Below, piece by piece: positions 49,139 to 57,038 of a stretch of 64,000 nt of DNA (the stretch's first letter is position 1; the number at the start of each line of letters is the position of its first letter). The stretch comes from Minisyncoccota bacterium (GTDB lineage Bacteria > Patescibacteriota > Minisyncoccia > Phycocordibacterales > Phycocordibacteraceae), in assembly GCA_036405415.1 (NCBI GenBank), contig DASWXP010000002.1:48097-112096 (forward strand), written 5' to 3'. The position numbers and the translations under genes were made by a program. The notes under the pieces are model-generated. The model did not search any database and had not been told where the DNA came from. It worked only from the letters and a program-made list of their open reading frames with translations.

Positions 49139-49363
49139 CTACGAGACCGTTGCGCTGCGATACAGGCGCCGACCGATTTCTCCTGCAGCAATGCAGAGGA
49201 GCGCGGGGAAACCTGCTGTCCGGGCTGGAAGCCCGAGCCACAGGAAGCCGATGGCGAGGGCCGCAAGACCCGCGCCTGCGAGAATCATGAGGATGACGCC
49301 TCCAAATAGCCGGGCCGTCATGAGATGCATCTCACTGGTTTCAGACTCGGGGTTCATGTGCAC
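49139..49363 (-). CDS. small membrane protein (74 aa, 2 TM)
   Basis: LFGGVILMILAGAGLAALAIGFLWLGL. Confidence 0.45.
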   Translation of the reverse strand: MHMNPESETSEMHLMTARLFGGVILMILAGAGLAALAIGFLWLGLPARTAGFPALLCIAAGEIGRRLYRSATVS

Positions 49364-49506
49364 GCTCCAATGTTCAGATGAATACTGTGTGGATTATACC
49401 ATGAGAAATTACGATTAGGAAGTATGTGATTAGACAACATAAGTTAAGGGGTGGGGAAGCGAGGACTTTATTTTGTCTTTATTACTGTGAGGTAGGATTT
49501 GGGTAT

Positions 49507-50115
49507 ATGGAACTAGACCCACCAGTAATCCAGGCGCTCATTATAGCGACCACCACTTCTACTAACGATCTGCAAGTTCAAACGGCACTTTTGACCGGTT
49601 CATTTATAGTGCTCGGCGCTGCGGTTTCAGCACTTGCCACGTATTTAACGATGAAGCATCAGCAAGTTGCTGCAAACAAAGCTGCATCAGATCAACGTCT
49701 TTTTGATGCGCGTCGTATCGCGTACGGAGATGCGTTCTCGGTGATCAGTTTTTCAATCAATGAGCGGAATAACGGTCGAAGATATCCTGAACGTTCTACT
49801 GACCCAAGCAATAGAGAAGCAAATGATCTGATGGCACGACTATCCCTTCTATCATCTCAAGAAATGTCAGAACCATTAAGGCTTATGTTTGGTTACTTAG
49901 CCAGTCTAATTCCAGATACTGATGAAGCTAAAAAGCAAGACATGATTCAAGGGACTCTTTTATGGCAGAATCTGTTGTATGCCATGCGAGAAGATTTGCA
50001 TGGAGACGGCACTTTTTTACCAAATATTGTCCCTACTCCAGAGGGAGAGACCGTAAGGGAGACTGAAGACTCTACGGTGGTAACTGAGTCGTCGAGTCGA
50101 GATACCGGCCATTAA
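49507..50115 (+). CDS. membrane-anchored hypothetical protein (first gene of the AT-richer island)
   Basis: Its composition drops relative to the flanks. A TM (LLTGSFIVLGAAVSALATYL) is followed by a soluble domain. Confidence 0.45.
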   Translation: MELDPPVIQALIIATTTSTNDLQVQTALLTGSFIVLGAAVSALATYLTMKHQQVAANKAASDQRLFDARRIAYGDAFSVISFSINERNNGRRYPERSTDPSNREANDLMARLSLLSSQEMSEPLRLMFGYLASLIPDTDEAKKQDMIQGTLLWQNLLYAMREDLHGDGTFLPNIVPTPEGETVRETEDSTVVTESSSRDTGH

Positions 50116-50144
50116 AAATTCCCAATCTTTCCAAATTGTAGACA

Positions 50145-50654
50145 GGGAAGTGGCCTCTCCGGAGGCTTCTTCCTTTACCTCTAAAAGCACTCCCCCGGAC
50201 TCAATTTCGGGATTTCGGGGAAGTGGTCCGAAATGCTCTATTTCGCGCGCACGAAACTTTCGCAGGAGAAATCCCAGAGAGCCGGCCGGTGAGAGATTCC
50301 TATAAAAGAGTCTAAAGGGAAGTAGAGGAGTCTATGAATCGGAAGCCTTAAATGAACATTTTCAGCATTCCCGGATTCTATAGAAGTACTTCGTACAATA
50401 TATCTTTTACGCAGCACTTCTACAATACAGCGAGAAAGTGGGCCGTATTCGTTCTCGTGATGATCTCGGTCTCCGCTCGTCTAAGTAGATATATGTTCCG
50501 TACAAATGTCATTCAACCTATATGGAATCACATCTATCTACTCCTAAATCATCATCTAAAATATCCTCAGTGACACTTCCCCGATTACTGATAATGAGCC
50601 GGGGGAGTTATCTGTAAAAGAGAAAGAGTAGCCCCTCCCAGAAGTTACTTCCCT
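50145..50654. repeat. quartet of GGGAAGT(G) motifs: two direct (50145, 50217) and two inverted (50574, 50647), spaced about 72 nt within each pair
   Basis: agGGAAGTGGcc and gGGGAAGTGGtcc on plus. cACTTCCCCg and tACTTCCCTg are their reverse complements. They enclose an AT-rich 350-nt core. Confidence 0.5.
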
Positions 50655-50671
50655 GCCAAATCAAGCATTGA

Positions 50672-50818
50672 AGTCTTTGTAGTTCAGTCTCCCCAGGTCT
50701 TTCAGACTCTTGAACTGGTCCTTGAGAATAACGGTGAGGAATCTATTGAATCTTAGGTAGAAGCACAGTAGGATCCTGAGCAGCTTCTTAGGGATGCTCT
50801 TGCCTTATCGCAGCACCG
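50672..50818 (-). pseudogene. possible transposase C-terminal remnant (no start codon)
   Basis: The open frame GKSIPKKLLRILLCFYLRFNRFLTVILKDQFKSLKDLGRLNYKDFNA* resembles the R...(I/V)(E/I)..F..LK...GL C-terminal motif of IS4/IS5 DDE transposases. Weak call. Confidence 0.25.
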
Positions 50819-50853
50819 GGGCGCCCCATACAGAGAGCACTTCACCCAAGAAG

Positions 50854-51159
50854 ATGCGCATCGAGAATCGTGCCCAGAAGAAGCGCATTGCCAAGTTAGA
50901 AGACTACAGATGTCAGATCTGTAACTGGTCTATGACCTGGACTAACAAGAAAGGAAAAAGCTTCCAGCGTATAGACGTGGATCACATTATCGATAAATCC
51001 AAAGGCGGTGGAGAAGAAGCTTCCAACCTATGGGTGCTCTGCCCTAATTGCCACGTAAAGAAGACACTCGGTGTTATTACGATTGATCCAAAGAAGAAAT
51101 TGATTCAGGAGAATGGCCAGAAGATTGAGCTGCACCATGACTCTCATTTGGGGTGGTAG
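50854..51159 (+). CDS. HNH endonuclease
   Basis: CQICNW...DVDHIIDKSKGG...NLWVLCPNCH matches the HNH motif with a Zn-binding CxxC pair. Confidence 0.75.
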   Translation: MRIENRAQKKRIAKLEDYRCQICNWSMTWTNKKGKSFQRIDVDHIIDKSKGGGEEASNLWVLCPNCHVKKTLGVITIDPKKKLIQENGQKIELHHDSHLGW

Positions 51160-51493
51160 TCTTTGGCCACTTTCGTTTAATAGTCTCCTTGCCAAGTTTC
51201 CATAAATCCAATAGCAACGCGCCACTCCAGCCAAGTAATATTCCAATTAAAACCAAAGCCGGAGTTCCTATCATTGGTAGGTAAAGTACCTTTTCAAGTT
51301 GTTCAGGTCTGTCCTCCTTTACCATCTCAACAAAAATCATAAAAACAGGTATTCCCCAAATGGCACTGAATGCTGCATATTCAAACTCTCCAATTTTTTC
51401 TTCGCGCTTTCCTGCAAAGAATCTGTAACTGCAAACAACGCTAAAACCTCCCAAAACTATAAGAAAGTAGTTTAGGACATTTGGGTCGATCAT
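51077..51493 (-). CDS. hypothetical membrane protein (4 TM)
   Basis: Its 3' end overlaps the HNH gene convergently. The exact end is uncertain. Confidence 0.4.
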   Translation of the reverse strand: MIDPNVLNYFLIVLGGFSVVCSYRFFAGKREEKIGEFEYAAFSAIWGIPVFMIFVEMVKEDRPEQLEKVLYLPMIGTPALVLIGILLGWSGALLLDLWKLGKETIKRKWPKTTTPNESHGAAQSSGHSPESISSLDQS

Positions 51494-51494
51494 A

Positions 51495-52094
51495 TTACCT
51501 GTTGGTTGAGAAGTTGGTCACATTTATATCGTGACCCAACTTATTCTTTTTAGATAGCAGGTACTTCTCAATTTCTGGTGAGATTTCTAGATTGAGTTGA
51601 ATTCTCTCACTTACTTCAAAACCCTCATCAGTAAGCTGCTTTAGCTTCCTGGGGTTGTTGCTAATTAATCTAACTGGACTCGCCAAATGTAATTCTTTAA
51701 GGGCATTAATTGCTCCTGAGTAATCTCGAGGATCAAGATCCAAGCCCAACAACTCAAAAGCATCATGCGTATCGATGTCATGTATTCGTTGCACTTCCAT
51801 TGCTTCAATCTTCCTTTCAATACCGTGACCTCTCCCTTCCTGATACAGGTACACCAGAGCACCGCCCTGTTCAGACATTGATTTTAGGCTTTCTTGTAGC
51901 TGGAGATTGCAATCGCAGTCAACAGAACCAAGACTCTCGCTAAATATGCAGGACGAGTGGAGTCGCACCAGTGGATTAGCTACTTTCTCAACGCCCTCTG
52001 TCCAAAGGAGTAAGCCATGGGAATTAGTATCTCCCCAAGACCGGACCATAAAGCTGCCATACTTTGTAGCCAACGTAGTTTGAGGGTTAGTCAT
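51495..52094 (-). CDS. GTP cyclohydrolase II (RibA-like)
   Basis: VRLHSSCIFSESLGSVDCDCNLQL...GGALVYLYQEGRGHGI...RDYSGA...RLISNNPRK aligns with the RibA zinc-binding (CxC) and catalytic motifs. Confidence 0.75.
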   Translation of the reverse strand: MTNPQTTLATKYGSFMVRSWGDTNSHGLLLWTEGVEKVANPLVRLHSSCIFSESLGSVDCDCNLQLQESLKSMSEQGGALVYLYQEGRGHGIERKIEAMEVQRIHDIDTHDAFELLGLDLDPRDYSGAINALKELHLASPVRLISNNPRKLKQLTDEGFEVSERIQLNLEISPEIEKYLLSKKNKLGHDINVTNFSTNR

Positions 52095-52109
52095 GCTGCA
52101 GATTGGAAA

Positions 52110-52877
52110 CTAGCGTTTCTTCCACGTAATTACATCCCCAACTTTAATACCAAGGTTTCGTGCGCCGAGGGCACGTGCCTGACCTATCTCAAAAAGCCCA
52201 AATGAACTTCCAGGAAACATAGCCCACGCTCCTGTATCAAGAGACATCAATCGAGGTTCATACACTACCTCAAGAGCGTTTCCATTAATGGTGACATCAA
52301 ACACATCGCCAACCTCAACAGGTCCTGGGTCTCCGACAAACTTCATCATGCCAAAGTTATCGATGTGAACTATCGTTCCTTCTGCAAGGTCCATTCGCAC
52401 GATGTCTTTAGGATCAATTGCCTTTCCAAGCTCTGAAAGCGGTACGCCGCGTGCGGCGGCGGCGGCCAGTTTCGCCGTCGTGTACTTTCCAGCGAAGGAA
52501 ATAAAGCCTGCCTTATTATGCTCGGTCAGATCATACAGCTCTGAACATCCGTAGTCTCGTGTGAGCCAATCAAAACTTCCCATATTGCGACCTATGAACA
52601 CGATGCCACCTTTCTCTGTGCGGCCAATCACATTCATGGGCCGAACCTTCTCTGCATTGATGGTCGTCATCAAAACACTATTTTCAGGATACGAATCTGC
52701 CATCAATCGAACAGCAAAGTTTGTATTGATTACTGAGAATTCAGGCTGAATAGGAACAATAGGAGGGACAACGACGTTATCCATGCCTGCCACCTCACGA
52801 ATTAGGACCGCGTAGAGCTCATGTGCGGCTATGTCTATACAGTCCGTAATGTTAACCAGGTATTTGGTGTCAGTCAT
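52110..52877 (-). CDS. SAM hydroxide adenosyltransferase-like protein (DUF62; fluorinase/chlorinase superfamily)
   Basis: VHIDNFGMMKFV and GAWAMFPGSSFGLFEIGQARALGARNLGIKVGDVI match conserved C-terminal DUF62 blocks. The N-terminal motif has TDC in place of TDFG. Confidence 0.65.
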   Translation of the reverse strand: MTDTKYLVNITDCIDIAAHELYAVLIREVAGMDNVVVPPIVPIQPEFSVINTNFAVRLMADSYPENSVLMTTINAEKVRPMNVIGRTEKGGIVFIGRNMGSFDWLTRDYGCSELYDLTEHNKAGFISFAGKYTTAKLAAAAARGVPLSELGKAIDPKDIVRMDLAEGTIVHIDNFGMMKFVGDPGPVEVGDVFDVTINGNALEVVYEPRLMSLDTGAWAMFPGSSFGLFEIGQARALGARNLGIKVGDVITWKKR

Positions 52878-52934
52878 TGCCTTAAGAGTAGGCCGGACTT
52901 ATGCATTGTCAACCAAACCCTAGGAATAAGACCG

Positions 52935-53783
52935 CTACTTGCTAAGGGGTCTGGCTATGAACCCAAACTCAAGATTGAATTTTTCGGAAGGATTGCCATC
53001 AAAAAATAGTCTATGCATTTTGCGCGGCTCACTACTATCAAATGACGTGCGTGCATGCAGAGTACGCAAGTTGTCAGTAATAAGTACCTGCCCATGAGTA
53101 AGCCTAAAAGACATGCTGTTCGCACAGTTTTCGAGATAAGTACTAATCTTTTTCATCCCCTCTCGCACCAGCGCATCTTCAGAAGGAATACTTGTTTCGT
53201 CAGATCTGTATCGTATTGATATCCGGTCTCCAACTCTTTGAAGCAGAGCCTGGCACGAATCTTTCCCTGCTCTACTCACACGCAAAGCATTGGGTGCAAA
53301 GAGAGCCCTGGCTACTTCAGCATTATCCTTGACTAGATACTGGTAGATGTCATCACCACTTGCAAGTCGAGTGATGCCACCCTCTGCAGCCGGGGTGTCA
53401 CAGCGAAGCGCTACAGCACGAGGAGGAGTCTGCGCATATGCACCATCTGTATGAAATGAGTGTTCAAGGTTTGAAGTGCCCAAGTAGCCTTGGAAGTCTT
53501 CTGACACTGCGATTTCAGCAATATCATCTTCGTTTGCTCGATCATGCGGCATAGAATTACCGAAAATTTCTTTGAAGCAGAGCAGTTGTTCTCGAGGACT
53601 TTCATCTTGCGAAAACTCTACAACAACGGCCCCGTACCTATTAAAAAGCGTAACGATTTCCTTTGCAGCAGACGGCACGTCTTGAGAAGAACCAACCTTA
53701 ACGAGAATGGATCTCAAGAGAGTGGCTGAATTAAGCACTCCTTGAGTTGGATCTAATTCTCTTTTGCGGCTATTCCAGAACAT
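52935..53783 (-). CDS. TauD/TfdA-family Fe(II)/2-oxoglutarate-dependent dioxygenase
   Basis: HTDGAY (HxD facial-triad motif) and a distal His/Arg (RKMHRLFF) in a jelly-roll fold. Confidence 0.65.
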   Translation of the reverse strand: MFWNSRKRELDPTQGVLNSATLLRSILVKVGSSQDVPSAAKEIVTLFNRYGAVVVEFSQDESPREQLLCFKEIFGNSMPHDRANEDDIAEIAVSEDFQGYLGTSNLEHSFHTDGAYAQTPPRAVALRCDTPAAEGGITRLASGDDIYQYLVKDNAEVARALFAPNALRVSRAGKDSCQALLQRVGDRISIRYRSDETSIPSEDALVREGMKKISTYLENCANSMSFRLTHGQVLITDNLRTLHARTSFDSSEPRKMHRLFFDGNPSEKFNLEFGFIARPLSK

Positions 53784-53880
53784 GATTAACCCATCCTAGC
53801 TCTGCATTACATAAAAAGGAAATAGTCTTAATTTTACAAACCCCTTTTTCGCAGTTACGCTTACGTACACCAATATCGCC

Positions 53881-54873
53881 ATGACCTATAAACACCCTTC
53901 TCAACCTAGACTTAAAGAAGGTGATCTAGTCCGTGTAGTTTCATTTGGGCTTAGTACCAGGGGTATTACTCCTACCCAGCGAGAACTCTGCATTTCAAAT
54001 CTTGCAAGACTAGGACTGCGTGTTTCCTTTGGAAAGCATGTTGACGAGAGTGATGAATTTGACTCTTCGAGTGTTGAGAGTCGCATAGAAGATTTGCACG
54101 ATGCGCTGATTGATCCTGAAGTGAAGTTAGTACTCTCAAGTCTTGGGGGCATGAATGCTGCTCAAATACTGACTTATGTAGACTGGGAACTACTACGTGC
54201 GAATCCAAAGATGTTTTGTGGGTTTTCAGATATGGCGGCGCTCGTAAACGCAATTCACTCTAAAACAGGACTCGTCACCTATAACGGTCCCTTCTTTGGT
54301 ACATTTGGAATGAAGCAAGGACTGGAATACACACTTGAATCATTTGAGAAATGTCTCTTCACCTCTTCTGTATACCCACTTGAGCCGACAGAAACTTGGA
54401 GTGATGACGCGTGGTGGGCAGACCAAGAAAACAGGACATTTAATAATAATCCTGGCCCTACAGTTCTCAGTGAAGGAGAGGCTTCGGGTCGATTAATCGG
54501 AGGTCACCTTACTTCATTTGCTACCCTTTTTGGAACAGAATTTGCTCCAGATTTCTCTGACTCCATAGTAGCTATCGAAGAAAACTCAGAAATTAACCCA
54601 CGATCTTTCGATAGATTATTGCAAAACCTTGTACACCAAAAGGGCTTCAAAGAGGTCAAGGGCCTTCTTATAGGTAGATTTACTTCTCAGAGTGGAGTTA
54701 CTGACGAGATGCTTACTCGAATAGTTAGAACTTATCCTGAGCTTTCAAGTATTCCGGTAATAGTTAATCTCAGTTTCGGACATACCTACCCTCAGGCAAC
54801 TCTACCAATCGGCGGCAAAGTCCATATGGTTGCTAAAGGAGAGCAGCCTTTAGTAAATATCGTTAGCCATTAG
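53881..54873 (+). CDS. LD-carboxypeptidase, peptidase S66 (LdcA / microcin C immunity MccF-like)
   Basis: GFSDMAAL (nucleophile Ser in GxSD), LSFGHTYP (catalytic His) and the conserved Glu region. Confidence 0.7.
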   Translation: MTYKHPSQPRLKEGDLVRVVSFGLSTRGITPTQRELCISNLARLGLRVSFGKHVDESDEFDSSSVESRIEDLHDALIDPEVKLVLSSLGGMNAAQILTYVDWELLRANPKMFCGFSDMAALVNAIHSKTGLVTYNGPFFGTFGMKQGLEYTLESFEKCLFTSSVYPLEPTETWSDDAWWADQENRTFNNNPGPTVLSEGEASGRLIGGHLTSFATLFGTEFAPDFSDSIVAIEENSEINPRSFDRLLQNLVHQKGFKEVKGLLIGRFTSQSGVTDEMLTRIVRTYPELSSIPVIVNLSFGHTYPQATLPIGGKVHMVAKGEQPLVNIVSH

Positions 54874-54887
54874 AGTAAGGAAATCAC

Positions 54888-55277
54888 TTACTCCCCCTTC
54901 ATCCTCGATTCCCTTTTAATCTGCCAATACACTTCCTCGGACCCCGCATCTGTTCCTTCTTCCCTATTCTTAAAAACTTCAGCAGGATACTTGTCACGAA
55001 TCTTCTGGAGTTTTTTCTCGATAATCTCTGCGGTATCAAGTCCAAGCAATACGCTCATATCAAGGCAATAGATTAGGACGTCTGCCAACTCCTTCTTAAT
55101 GGCCTCGATTTTTTCCGTGTCCTCCTTAACTTCTTCAAGACTCGGGTTGGTCCACTGGAACAGTTCCAAAAGCTCGGACGCTTCTATTGAAATAGACTTT
55201 GCGAGATCTCCAGGACGGAGCTGGTCCCAGCCGCGCTCCACAAGATATTGCTTAATTGCGTCCTCCTGTTCCTTCAT
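54888..55277 (-). CDS. MazG-like nucleotide pyrophosphohydrolase
   Basis: EASELLELFQW and ELADVLIYCLDMS, with the EExxE/D metal-binding helices of MazG/dCTPase-like all-alpha NTP-PPases. Confidence 0.8.
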   Translation of the reverse strand: MKEQEDAIKQYLVERGWDQLRPGDLAKSISIEASELLELFQWTNPSLEEVKEDTEKIEAIKKELADVLIYCLDMSVLLGLDTAEIIEKKLQKIRDKYPAEVFKNREEGTDAGSEEVYWQIKRESRMKGE

Positions 55278-55312
55278 ACATACAGCATAGCAAATAGGTA
55301 CAAGGCGGTCTT

Positions 55313-55573
55313 TTAGTCCCGCCTTGCTAGTAGCTCCTTCGCTTCTTCTTCGGTTATGAACTCAAACACCGTGCAGCGGTCAGCCTCCTCGGGAGCACAG
55401 CACCCGCAGGAATAATCGTCTTCCCAAAGGATGTACTCCCCATGATTGTTTCGGAAAAGGTGTTTGCCGTCAGTGTGAAATTCGTACCTCAGGCAATCAC
55501 CACTTTCTGATCCAAGTCTGAACGCGGGATCGTTCCTGCGAGGAACGATAATTCCACAAGTTCCAACTCTCAT
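55313..55573 (-). CDS. hypothetical Cys-rich small protein
   Basis: SCGCC and CT motifs. 86 aa. Confidence 0.35.
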   Translation of the reverse strand: MRVGTCGIIVPRRNDPAFRLGSESGDCLRYEFHTDGKHLFRNNHGEYILWEDDYSCGCCAPEEADRCTVFEFITEEEAKELLARRD

Positions 55574-55584
55574 GTCCTTGCTCT

Positions 55585-55830
55585 CTAATGCACCGAAGGG
55601 ATAGGGAGATTCACATCTCCAGTTTCTCCATCGTGTTCCTCGTCATCAAGATCTGGAACAAAACCCTCGGAGATTTCAGGTTCATGATTAAGCGGCACGA
55701 TAACTGCCACCGAATCTTGCCCACGATCTATCTCGGGTTCGTCATCTGAATGCTCGAGGTCTGGCAGAAAAGGTCTATTCCCCACCTCGGGCTTTGGGGG
55801 CCTTTTTCGTATCTCAGTCTGATACGGCAT
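55585..55830 (-). CDS. hypothetical acidic small protein
   Basis: 81 aa, rich in Asp/Glu/Pro. Confidence 0.3.
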   Translation of the reverse strand: MPYQTEIRKRPPKPEVGNRPFLPDLEHSDDEPEIDRGQDSVAVIVPLNHEPEISEGFVPDLDDEEHDGETGDVNLPIPSVH

Positions 55831-55952
55831 GATCCTGGCTCCGTGTTGATGGGATCTTCCTGCAGCTTACGGTATTAGAATCCTTCTGCAATATGTGCTA
55901 GCGTCTGTCCAGATATGCGGCCAATTGCCGTGACCGTTCTTGGAGGTGGCTC

Positions 55953-56528
55953 ATGCCAACCGTCATTCACACCCTGGACGAGGATCGTGGAGACATGGAA
56001 TTCCTCACGTTCAGATTCCAGCTGCCCTATCTTGAGGGCGAGTGCTATGCATTCGCCATCGCGTTAAACCAGGGTCTTGGCTGGCCTCTGGTTGGACTTA
56101 TGAAGGGCGATGAGATCTGGCACGCAGGCGTTCGCGCGCCTAACGGCAAGATCTACGACGCTCGGGGTCCCCTCACGGAAGAAGCGTTCGGTGGCCACTT
56201 CATGCCGCCGCCGCACGTCATTCGCGAGGTCACCGAGGCCGAGCTGCGTGCTACCCGGCCAATTGCTGACTTCTCGGTCCAGCAAGCGCGGCAGTTCGCT
56301 GAAGTAAACTGGCCTGCGCTGCCCTGGCAGGAAAGCCTGGCTTCAAGAATCGAGGCCTTCGCAAGCGATCTGGAGGTCCTTTCTCGGAAGCATGGCTTCT
56401 GGATTGACGGACCCGTTCCTGCCAGTCTGCCGCTCATCATTCCTGGCGAGGGCGATGAAGGAGGCTACGAGCTTCGGCTCACGGTCGACGGCATGAAGTA
56501 CACCATCAATCGCTACCTGCTCAGGTAA
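55953..56528 (+). CDS. hypothetical protein
   Basis: 191-aa ORF followed by a strong terminator. Confidence 0.45.
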   Translation: MPTVIHTLDEDRGDMEFLTFRFQLPYLEGECYAFAIALNQGLGWPLVGLMKGDEIWHAGVRAPNGKIYDARGPLTEEAFGGHFMPPPHVIREVTEAELRATRPIADFSVQQARQFAEVNWPALPWQESLASRIEAFASDLEVLSRKHGFWIDGPVPASLPLIIPGEGDEGGYELRLTVDGMKYTINRYLLR

Positions 56529-56543
56529 TTCCCTGAGCAAACC

Positions 56544-56577
56544 AAGCCCCCGATTGCGGTCGGGGGCTTGCTCTTTA
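56544..56577. terminator. bidirectional Rho-independent terminator
   Basis: caagcccccga ttgcgg tcgggggcttg followed by ctcttt. Confidence 0.75.
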
Positions 56578-57036
56578 AAAGATCGCGACGGTTTCGTATC
56601 CCGTTACGGGAGGATTGTAGTCAGGCGATGCCTCTTCAAACACTCTGCGCTGCACTAGGTACGCCCCATTTGAAGCCACAACCTTATAGTACCTGCCTAG
56701 CCCTGCGTAATAGCAGATGATCATGGTCGAGTCCGGATACACGTCTGAATCTGGCGGCGTGTACTCGTTACAGCTTCCCTCGACGACGTCCACAATCTTT
56801 CGGGCAGTAGATCCGTCAGAATAGTTCGCGGCGATCGCTATCGCTGTCTGAGGGATACCGTCTTTCTCAGAGGCTGTGTAGTCCCACGAGAATCTCGGAT
56901 TGCCTCTGGGAGCAGTCTCCTCAGCAGGACTCTCTTGGACGGTCTCGACCCGAGATTGGTTTATAAGTCCTATCGCAAACGTGATGAGCGCGATGCCAAG
57001 CACGAGCGCAACAAGTATGCCGAGTATCTTTCCCAT
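56575..57036 (-). CDS. membrane-anchored hypothetical protein
   Basis: MGKILGILVALVLGIALITFAIGL signal anchor. Confidence 0.5.
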   Translation of the reverse strand: MGKILGILVALVLGIALITFAIGLINQSRVETVQESPAEETAPRGNPRFSWDYTASEKDGIPQTAIAIAANYSDGSTARKIVDVVEGSCNEYTPPDSDVYPDSTMIICYYAGLGRYYKVVASNGAYLVQRRVFEEASPDYNPPVTGYETVAIF

Positions 57037-57038
57037 GA

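Noticed and set aside
50352-50573. 73-aa ORF inside the repeat quartet
   Set aside because: AT-rich, low-complexity (Tyr/Asn/Ile/Leu) and without a Shine-Dalgarno. More likely non-coding core of an IS/MITE-like element.
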